Positions 8,529 through 18,384 of a stretch of DNA of 20,000 nt are shown piece by piece. Position 1 is the first letter of the stretch. Each line of letters begins with the position of its first letter. The notes beneath the pieces were generated by a model, which was not told the origin of the DNA, did no database searches, and saw nothing but the letters and a program-made list of their open reading frames with translations. Source of the DNA: Coniocarpon cinnabarinum (Eukaryota); assembly GCA_051942205.1 (NCBI GenBank), contig JAVECO010000051.1:108851-128850 (forward strand). The letters run 5' to 3'. A program made the translations under genes and the position numbers.

Positions 8529-10189
8529 CATACATTTCTAGCATACATGTACAGGCTGCTGTTTAGATTCACTGTACAAAATTACCAGCGTGGCGCTTGG
8601 GGTCAAGGACTTTGATATAATGCCTACGGCCATATTTCATAGAAGAAGGGCAATACATTAAATAGACGCATACTCATCTCAACAATCACGACCCCATCAT
8701 AACCTTAAAGTGTTCACTGGAACTTGCACGGATTAACTCATCAGCTGTCCCTTGTGCTGTATAATTTGAGTGCAACAATGGTTAGGAGAAAAGATCTTGA
8801 TTGGCAGAAAGCATCCACAGTCGATTCGCTTTGGGTCAGTAGGAGCGGTGCGACCGTACTCAAACTGCTCGCGGCAGGGTGCACTGAACAGATGTAACTG
8901 TTTCTGGCTTGGAAAGCGACATCTAGACATATTACAGGAAGCATGTCTCAAGGTGACTCCTTCACTAACATTTCTCACTAAGTCATCGGCCATTCGGTGA
9001 GCATGGATTTGAGAGAGCAAAGGAAAAGTCAACACAGAAGTCAAGATCTTGGTTGGGATCACTTGCCAAGGCTTGTATTGTCCCATTGCAACAAAGACCG
9101 TGCTGATGCCATGAATATGACGGCGAGGGTCATGGACAAAAGTCGCTGCCGGATTTCAGTCTGGACGCCGAGCCTGTACAATACGAAAAATTCGGGTCAC
9201 AAAGCTATTAGTACAACGGCGGAAGGCCTTTACGACTCAGAAGACGTTGAGTTGAGGTGCGGGAGGTACTTTCCTACGAGGCGCTTGTGGGAAGATGGGA
9301 TGTGAAAGGACACAATCATGCGCACAGGGCTTACCATCGCGTGCCTTGGTGGCCAGAGAATTACGAACAACCAATGACAGATGAGGACATCTTTGCAACA
9401 GCCAAGGAATACTAAAATAGAGAAGAGTGGGAAGCGCTTGAGCTTGATCCCTATAGACGTGCGGAAGCTTTTGGGACGCTGTTCACACGACGTGAAGATG
9501 ATCCAAGTCGTATACATGTTGTTGCTAATAGATAGAGGCCATGGCGGAACCCATTGGATGCTTTGAAAAGGATGACAGAGGTAAAGCACATGCATTTATC
9601 CAACGTAGCTGACCTTGCCTGGAAGGGGAAAGAGAAGGAACATTTCTGAGGCTGGGTCGAGCAGCTTTGCACTTGTGTATGCCTTGCGACCGCAGTCGCT
9701 TCGCGAAGGTCAGCACTCACAACACCTAGCCCCAAGCGCTGCAGCCACAGAGTCAGTCACAATACGCTTTCAAGCTGGCATACCGATCATGAGAGCATTA
9801 ATATAGTGATGAATTCACAAGATCTGGCTGAAAAAGTGACGACAGACTTTTGCGCGTGACAACGGAATCGGATGGATGTCACAAGATATACATATCACCT
9901 GACATTGACTCAGTGTGAAATTCGTGATCTCCAGATCGATGGAGTTTGCCGGAATGCCATGTCATGATATTTGGAAGCCCGCCTTTCTAAACTCCAGTCG
10001 CACGTGCTGTCAGGCGTGATTGAACCCTAAACCTCACCAATTGTTAGGTACCCATCTGCACGACAAAGACTCAGCCTCTCTTCTGCGCTCTGACAGCTTC
10101 CGTCGAGGTCACAAAGTCGCTCATTCTCGAAATCTAAGTCTCATCGGAATCATAGCTGCTCTTACCGCACCTTTTCCACCACCGCGATC

Positions 10190-11182
10190 ATGAATCCTGA
10201 GTAGTATGTTCTCCCAACACGAAGCATAGAGGCGAACTACCAAATCAGTGTCTGTAGCAGCCGCTGACAGTGCCCTAGCGTCGCAATGATATATAGCTCG
10301 CTCGTGGAGTACTCGATCTCGTCGTGCCAGATGGATTGCTGTTCAACGTGTGACCTGGCGAGCGACTAGCTTACTTTACGGGTCCCAGATATGATTATCT
10401 CTTCAAGCTGCTTCTTATTGGAGACTCCGGCGTCGGAAAATCTTGCTTGCTCTTACGATTCGCGGATGACACATACACTGAAAGCTACATCTCCACAATT
10501 GGTGTTGACTTTGTTAGTCCCTACACTTGCAGACGTAGCTGAGCCATGCAATCGGCTGACGCGCAAAACAGAAAATCCGCACAATCGAGCTCGATGGCAA
10601 GACGGTAAAATTGCAAATTGTGAGTCGCTTTGCTAGAATCATATTGTTTGAACAAATACTTATACACGCGGAACAGTGGGATACCGCAGGGCAAGAACGC
10701 TTCCGAACAATCACATCTTCTTACTACCGAGGGGCGCACGGTATCTGTGTTGTGTACGATGTTACGGACATGGACTCCTTCAACAATGTCAAGCAGTGGC
10801 TACAAGAGATTGATCGATATGCAACGGAGGGTGTGAACAAGTTGCTGGTGGGCAACAAGAGCGATATGACGGACAAGAAGGCTGTGGAATATGACGTCGC
10901 CAAGGTACGTGTATTTGCAGCGGAGACAACTGCATCTTCATCATCACAATAGGGGTGTACGTGGACGCTGACGCCCCGGACCAGGAATTCGCCGACAGCC
11001 TCGGCATCCCCTTCCTAGAAACCTCCGCCAAAGATGCCTCCAACGTCGAACAAGCCTTCTTGACAATGGCCCGCCAGATCAAAGAGCGCATGGGCGCTCA
11101 AAACGCACAACAGAACAAGCCTGGTCTCAAAGTCGGCGTGGCGAATCAAGCTCAGCAGTCTTCATCTGGCAGTTGCTGCTAG
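10190..11182 (+). CDS. YPT1: Rab1 family small GTPase Ypt1, 202 aa
   Basis: Exons 10190-10200, 10389-10512, 10572-10619, 10677-10904 and 10985-11182 (609 nt) give [22 protein letters not shown]...[16 protein letters not shown]...[22 protein letters not shown]...GNKSD...ETSAK...GSCC, with a C-terminal CC prenylation motif. Confidence 0.96.
10201..10388 (+). other. Candidate [D3,4] spliceosomal twin intron (stwintron) in YPT1
   Basis: Internal intron 10204-10278: GTATGT...GCTGAC (10263-10268)...CTAG. Its removal joins GTA (10201-10203) to CGT (10279-10281), giving the canonical donor GTACGT of an external intron with GCTTAC (10369-10374) and CCCAG (ends 10388). Confidence 0.72.
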
Positions 11183-11696
11183 GCGAGCTCACGCACCAAA
11201 TAGACTTCCGTTGCCACGAACATGTTTGTGTAGAGCTGGGTGGAATGGCTTGGAGGTTGCAAATCATGTGCTATGGTACAGGCGTTCTGAGGATTGCATG
11301 TGCCGATGTCATCATCTCTGGTTGTTGTAACTGGGCGGGTGCGAGAGAAGCCTAGGTAGCACATAGTAATGAAACCATCATGTGTCCAAGCAACATCACT
11401 TTCTGTTTGCCCTATTAACCTCCTGTTCGGCCTTGGAGTCCCATCATGCCAAGATCGCTTCTCTTGAGTACTCTTGTTAGAAGCGCAGGCATGTCATGAG
11501 CTCTTACACGCATGCCGTGGTACCATCTCCGCTACAAATGGCTTCTCGTACTTCTTCTAGCCTCGCCACATCGGTTTCATTTTAACTCTCTCTGAGCTCT
11601 GCAGTCCGAAAAGCTCGATCTTGGTGTGCGAATGATGTATCAAACGTTCGTCTTATTCTGACTGAAACTTCTGGTCTTGGGCACATAATAGCTATA

Positions 11697-13207
11697 ATGT
11701 CACGGAGCACAGATCCCGGCCATTTCTTCCAATCCGAGTACGTCCACCCTTTTTCCAAAGTCACCTGTTCTTCCATCAATACTCTAACAATACTCTGCGG
11801 TCAGATCAGCGCTCAACGAATCCGAACGTAAAGCCCAAAAATTGACCAACACGCTCGGCGATCCCATCAAGTTACCCGCCAAAATCCTCTGCTTGGAGCG
11901 TCATCCCAAGAAAGTAGACCAAGTCTTTGCAGGTTGCAGCGATGGCTGTGTCAGGCTTGTGCAGTTGAGGGCGCCCGGAGCAGACGACGGCGATGTAAGC
12001 GCTCCTTTTTTGAAGACGCCTTCTGAGGTTTCTCTTCAGCAGCAAGAGCTGTAGTATCCCAGTGTGCTGATTGAACTAGACTAAGTCATTGGTAGGAGCG
12101 ACGCTGCGTGGTCCTACTGGTCCTATTGCGAGTCTTGCTGTTTCTTCTCAGACGCTGTTCGCTGGGTCTTGGGACAAGGCGATTCATGCCTTTTCGTTGT
12201 CTACTCTGAGGCCATTACGGAGGTATGAAGGAGGACACACTGACTTTGTCAAGGCTGTGGCATGTGGCACTGTTGAATCTCCAGTCACTGGCAGTGACCC
12301 CAACACAGACGGATCTACTGCGCAGACTGGTAATGAAACGGAACTGTTAATCTCCGCTGGTGCAGACGGCTATGTAGTCGTATGGAACGCAGGGAATGGT
12401 GAGAAGTTGCATATCCTGCGAGGTCACACGCGCGGGGTATTAGATCTGGCTATTCAGCCTCAGTTTGATGCGACAGGTAAAGTGCGAGACGTGACTGATG
12501 AGCTTATTGTCTGGAGCGCGGACAGCGCGAGAGGGATAAGGCGATGGGCCATCTTTCCTACTTCTGCAAAGTCACTCCCATTCTCCGCCACCACAGGCAA
12601 TGAAGAAGGAGCGGCACAGCAAGAGATGCAACATGAACTTTTAGTTCACGAAACGAGCGTTAATTGCTTGCGTTTTTCGGTACCTTTGCAGGGCGCGGAT
12701 AGGCAAATGCTGCATCTAACGACCGCGTCATCCGACAAGTCCGCTGCGCTCTTCACACTCCAGGCAAGCGAAAAGGACGCTCAGCCAATCGAGCAAATAC
12801 GTTTCGAGCACCCCGACTTCGTTCGTGATGCCCTTCTCCTGCCTGGCACCTCATTATTAGCAACCGCATGCCGCGACGAGAAAATCCGATATTGGGATGT
12901 CGAAGGCAGCGATGAGCCTGACGTGGTCTTTGACGGTCACTTTGAAGAAGTCACAGCTTTGTGTTTGGCTACTCGAGATGGTGAAGATGTGCTGGTGAGC
13001 GCAAGTATTGATGGGACTTTAAGGACTTGGCCAGTAAGTCGTGAAGGAGTCGACAAATGGGTTAGAGAAACTGAGGCTAGGAAGAAGGGCGGTGCCGATG
13101 CTGAAGAGAGGAGTAGGGATGACGAAGATGAACGTGGCAAGAAAGTGGAGTTGACTGAAGAGGAGGAAAGGGAGTTGGCGGAGTTGATGGAAGACGATGA
13201 CGACTGA
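11697..13207 (+). CDS. WD40-repeat protein with acidic C-terminus, about 452 aa, 3 exons
   Basis: Exons 11697-11737, 11805-11994 and 12080-13207, with introns GTACGT..CTAAC..CAG and GTAAGC..CTGAT..TAG. WD motifs include FAGSWDKAI, GHTDFV, GHTRGV, HETSV, DEKIRYWD and GHFEEV...SASIDGTLRTW; tail ELTEEEERELAELMEDDD. Confidence 0.88.
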
Positions 13208-15433
13208 AAGGGATCACTCGCTGCCGGTATGGTTTAATTAAGAGCACGTACTTGTGCAATGGCCTCAAGGAGACTCGAGACTGGGAGAAGATCAATATCA
13301 CAGCCGTCGTTCATCGGAATCCCTTTACACCTCGCGTGGCATAACCAACACCCAGTGTTGCTCATTTCAAATTATCCCTCAGGCTTCTTCGAAACCATGA
13401 GAGCGTTGCCATGATCCTAAGCTGCAACTTCCAGCCGTGGAAAGATACATCATGGACTCTGCGAAAAGATCGTATTCGCGACTGGCTACTGGTCACAGCG
13501 AATACAACCAACGGGGTGGTCCAGACAAGCTTCTCCCCTAGCTGTTTGTCAACCAACCAAGGACAACTCTCGATTATGGAGCAAAAGTGCGTCCGCAAGC
13601 TGACGTTGCGGCTCTAGCATCTAAAGACCGGACTTCCGCAAAGCTGAACGATGTCAGAAAGGCGATAGCCATCATCTTCATCATCCTTGCAAAGATACAA
13701 TGTCAAGCTGGGGAAAGCGAGCGTGCACAACAGACAAAAAGAATCAATGCTCAAATTGGTGTTCTTGTAAAGCTGTTCACGGAAAAATGACTACTCAATA
13801 GAGTACGCCAGGCATCATCCTTCACCCTGATGAAGCTAGGAAATCAAGAATCATATTCATTATCCCTATCTGAGCTCAAACTCAGCGCTGGATATGAGAT
13901 GAAGAACATGCAGCTCACAGCGCGCTGAAACAAGTGTGTCTTGCATACTTGAACCACAGCACACCACTTTCGGCTAATACCACTAGCCATTCGCAGAACA
14001 GGCCGTCTTCATTAATTCTACGCTCCGCGTCAAGCACATTCTGCTCATCGATGGAATCAAGCAAAAACAAAATGCGAATGGAAGAAGTTTCACTTGCCTG
14101 TGCCTGATTCTTAAGTCTGCAGCCTGTAAGCCAAAGAAGTCTAGTTCAAACACTCATACCAAATACTATGATCACTAGTATCCATGGTCCCCTTCCCGAA
14201 TACAGCGATTGCTTAAGATTGCAGCTTGGTTGATTCAAGGCTGCTTGACAATGCTCAAAGTGCAGACGCTGATATTGCCTCGTCCTTTTCTATAAAGCTT
14301 CATCTCGTGCATTCCAATGCTTCCGTTCCATTTCCAAGTCGTCGATTCTGCGAGAGATTGATACCGAGGATCGAAAGAAAATTAACCTTTCTGTTTAGTG
14401 CCGTCTCAACAAGTCTCGCCTTGTAGACTCATCTTTCTCGGTTAGAAAAGCGCAACATACGCTTTCATAGGCCTATGTAATCGAGCACGCTCAAGATTCA
14501 ACTTCATTCGATTTCAGACCGTTCACACTGGGTCCGCTTGATCTCGAGTCTGAACAATCTCGAGTACGTCTGGTCTCAAGTCCGTTCAATCCTTGTCATC
14601 AAGCGGACTTTCTGACGCTGGGATACCGAAGTCTTGCATTCTATTTCTATGCTTAATCTGATGCGTGTTCAGTGTGCAAGGCCTGTTTTACCATCTTTTC
14701 GTGCACCATCTCTATCGTAGACACGTGGATGTCGTCGTTCATGCCTCATTCGTAAGGGCTTTTAGCATGATTGTGTCAAGCTCACGAAGCACATTGTCTT
14801 TTATTCTCGAGATGAATGAGTCTAGCGTTGTAGGTCGTCTCAATTATTGCAAAGGGAAGTCACCATGCGGCTAGCGCGTGCGCTCGACACCTTTGAATTC
14901 TATTTTTGAGGGCATGCTTCAATCGCAGCAACAAGGGTGACTGCTGGTAGATCTTGACATTGCGTTTGGGTTACCAAATCTATACGTATCTTCAACTAGC
15001 TGGCGGTACTTCTAGGCTCTCTAGGAGATCGGCGCTCTTGCTTAGTACGTGGTCTTCGGCTCCTGATCGAAGAAGTCATCGCACTCGTGTCGATTGTGTT
15101 CTTTACATTCCTTGTGGAGGAGAGAAAGAGCAAGGTGTATGGGAGCCTAACGGTGTCCATGAAGATGCGAGACTTCTCGAAGTAATAGGTGATCTTTGGC
15201 CAAAAATCTGATAGAGCATCGTCGTGCGGGATTGCTGTTTGCTTGTGTGCGGAGTGTCGGAAATAGCGGTCCTCACCCGATGCCGCAACAAAATGAGCAT
15301 CGGTCGGGCCTTCAGCACAAGGATCTGAGCTTGCTAGGAAAGCTTCGTGTCGAACTTCGCGGCATCTGTCTCATCCTCGCTGCAATCCTTGATGCCAACA
15401 GCAGAAACCGGCCGTCGAGGCGTTCAGAATGCT

Positions 15434-17367
15434 TCACTCATCAATTTTGGCTCCTACTGGGCACAGTAGCGAAAAAGATTGGTGACTGCTGTCCCTGAGT
15501 GGTAAAATCATACCCCTTGAAGACCCTAAAGCATGTAAGAACTAATGCCCAAGAAGGTGCTTTCAACTTACCAGTTGCCCGTTCTTTCTGACGGCGAACG
15601 TAATTATTCGCATAAACGACCGAAGGTAATTGCTCCCAGCGACGCGTGAAGCCAAGGCCCGCCTCAACCCGACCCATACTCTTAAGAGCCTTCTGATAGT
15701 CTTTCGCCTTCATGAGTCACAATTAGCAGGAGCGTATTGCCCTTTGGAAAGATCCCCAACTTACGCATTCCTTGTGGAGGCAGAGCTCGGCCAGTGAAGG
15801 CTTAAGTGAGCAATAGACCTTTATGAAAATCTCCCGGCCGGAAGGTAGATCTAACATGAATCCAGCGAGTTTGCTGATGCTTTTGGCAATCTCCATGCGT
15901 TTCTCAGCACGAGAGCCCACTGCAAAATCAATTAGCATTTTTCATGGACGATAATGGCGTTTTGACAGAAGGGTGCGCACTCAGTAATTTGGACACGAGC
16001 GCCTCATCCTCGCCGTGATCGTCTGAAAGTTCTTGCGCTTGAAATTGGTTTGCCAGTGCTGTCTTCAACTCCTGGCACACGTCGGTGATCGTCATGTTGA
16101 TGGTTAATCTGAGGGCCCAGTAGAGCATCAGGGTAACTGCATTGCGACAAGTGTCAATGTGAGAATCGCATGAGAGTGGGTCTGTGGCTTCATCATCCCA
16201 AAAATCCATTTCGACCTTGTAGTCATGGTACCAGCCGATCAAGTCTGCGTCAAGCTCCGCAAGGTGTGACATCGTCTCAAGCCATTCACTCTTCACGACA
16301 GAGTTTTTCAATTGATCCGAATCGAGGATTGCATCGCTTTGCTCTAGCATTGGCGACAGCGACAGAGCATAGTATGACAAGAGTTCAGACAGGTAATAAG
16401 GACTGCTCACGGATGGTTTCCAATGGGGTTTGTGAAAGTCGTGCAGGCCCCGCCGGAAGCCAATGGTCAATATGCCAAAGTCAAATCGACTGTTAGCTAG
16501 GGCACCATTATCGAGGGAAGGACCTGACATGTTGGTCAGCGTTTGTGCATGGAAATGGTCGGATGGCCGTATCCCATCGTCGACTCTCCGTGACGGAGCA
16601 CATTTGGTCGTCAGTCGATAGATTGTGGGCATGATTTGTGTTGGTAGCGACGTATAGATGTTATCACTCACCAAATTTGTCAGCCCCGCCTGTGAGCTTG
16701 CATTAACATGCGCGGCCAGAAACAACAGATCTTCTACTTTCTGATGCTTACCAGCTGCAACTACCTGCGCAAGACCATTGATATGATCGCACCATCCAGA
16801 ACGGCCCTCGTTGTGCTCTAGGACTTCATATGAGGAGGAAATGCGACAGACCAGGGCCGTTTGTATGTCCAAATCGCCCTTGTTGATCTGACCTTGTAAC
16901 ATACACAATGTCTTAGCATACGTCGACCGGGCCTGGGGGAGATAGTGCGGGGCTTCGCTGAGGCGGCTGACTGCTAAGAGACACAATGCTCTCAAGGCCA
17001 ACTGCACGATGCGTCCTGAAGAGGCAGCCACCTGATAGGTGTCTGACAAGTTGCGGCGGATCCAGATGGGCACGCGTGTCACCTCGGTCAAAGTCGTGTA
17101 ATTTTCAAATTCGAATCCAACGGGCAGAGCAGGCGGCTGGGGGAGGAGAGGTGGTCTTTTCGTGATGCTGTTCACAATTGCAGATGTCGAGTCTGGGGGA
17201 GCACTGCTGTGCTTCTTCTGGCCGTGGGTTTGGGATTGAGTGTCGCGGTGGTAGTAAGCACATATCCAGCGAGAAGTCTCGGATTCGTTGCAATCACAAC
17301 GAATCTTGCGTCTCCGACACGCAGGACAGGCTTTAATTTTGCGGGTTTTCCGTTGTTGTTCGGGCAT
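15434..17367 (-). CDS. Fungal Zn(II)2Cys6-like transcription factor with a degenerate zinc cluster; 3' exon structure tentative
   Basis: N-terminal KACPACRRRKIRCD, then a fungal TF-like middle region (ALRALCLLAVSR...ARSTYAKTL...YE...GWCDHINGL). Introns 15980-15920 (GTGCGC..GCTAAT..GCAG) and 15764-15708 (GTAAGT..GCTAAT..AAG), and possibly 15571-15526 (GTAAGT..TTTAG), link the ORF-track pieces in frame (about 589 aa). Confidence 0.7.
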
Positions 17368-18384
17368 GGTGGAGGTGTCGACGAAATTGAAGAAGTAAAC
17401 GTAGGTCTTGGTCTGTCAGCCAGATACAAGGGAACGCAGCAGTGACTCGAGCAGTGTTGAAGAACGCTATGTGATTTAAAGTTTGATAGAGCATCTGAGC
17501 CCCAATGCCATGCCGTGCTTTCTCGACGCCTACACGGTACGTAAGCGAGAACTCTACCGGGGGCGAACATTGGCTATGCACAACGGTGCGCCGTCTGCGG
17601 TCAAACGACAAGGGTCATTGTTTGCATAAGCGAAGCAATGCTGGCCTAAAGCGGTGCGTGTTGAGACTGGATAGGACTAGAGTATGTTTATGTATGATCG
17701 TCGCGAACGGTTAAGTGTCCATGCACTAGCCCCATAGCCCTGTTTCCCACGAGCCCCTCTATCCTTTGGGAAGTCGCGTGCTGGGAGACCTGGTCTTTCT
17801 CCGAAGGCCTGTCCCGCGGTGTCCATGCACGAGATGACGGCACGGAGTCGCCGTGAATGTGGTCAGCCACATCAAGAGGCGGCGACATGACGAGATCAAC
17901 CAACTCGCTGCCAAGCGCTGGATGGCACGCGAGGTAGCCGGTTAGTGGTCCATCAGTCGAGACAGGCAGACAGGACTGTTGATGTCGTGGCGTCATGTTT
18001 TTCCACTCGAGCACGTTGTCTGACGTTGTCTGAGCTGCATGCGAAAGAAGTCAAGGTGCTGGATTGGTCATGGAACGTGGTCACACACACCGCCTGAACG
18101 CGATGGGTCTGATAGGCCAGCTCTCTTATGCAACTCCTATCCAACCCTGCATAAATTATACAAGCACACAGACACGTGACAGGCCACCCTGGGATCCGCA
18201 GCTTTAGCCGAGCTCCGACCCGCGTAAAAATACCCTGCAACCTTCAATCACGATTCACCTACCTAACCCACTTCACACTCATGCAGCCCGCTGCAACGAC
18301 CGATCTACCTGTCCACACCTGTTTGCAAGATCACACAACTCAACTCCTAGCGCAGTCCGCGCTTGATAATCACTTTTGTCCTTC

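Noticed and set aside
8700..9810. Several 60-120 aa ORFs between GGC1 and YPT1, including an internal MCFTSVILF start
   Set aside because: No recognisable motifs or consistent splice model, and they overlap one another on both strands.
10023..10032. AACCCTAAAC telomere-like motif upstream of YPT1
   Set aside because: A single unit is expected by chance; there is no array.
15920..15980. Apparent frameshift between ORFs 15928-17367 and 15723-15938
   Set aside because: Explained by a 61-nt phase-1 intron (GTGCGC...GCTAAT...TTTTGCAG).
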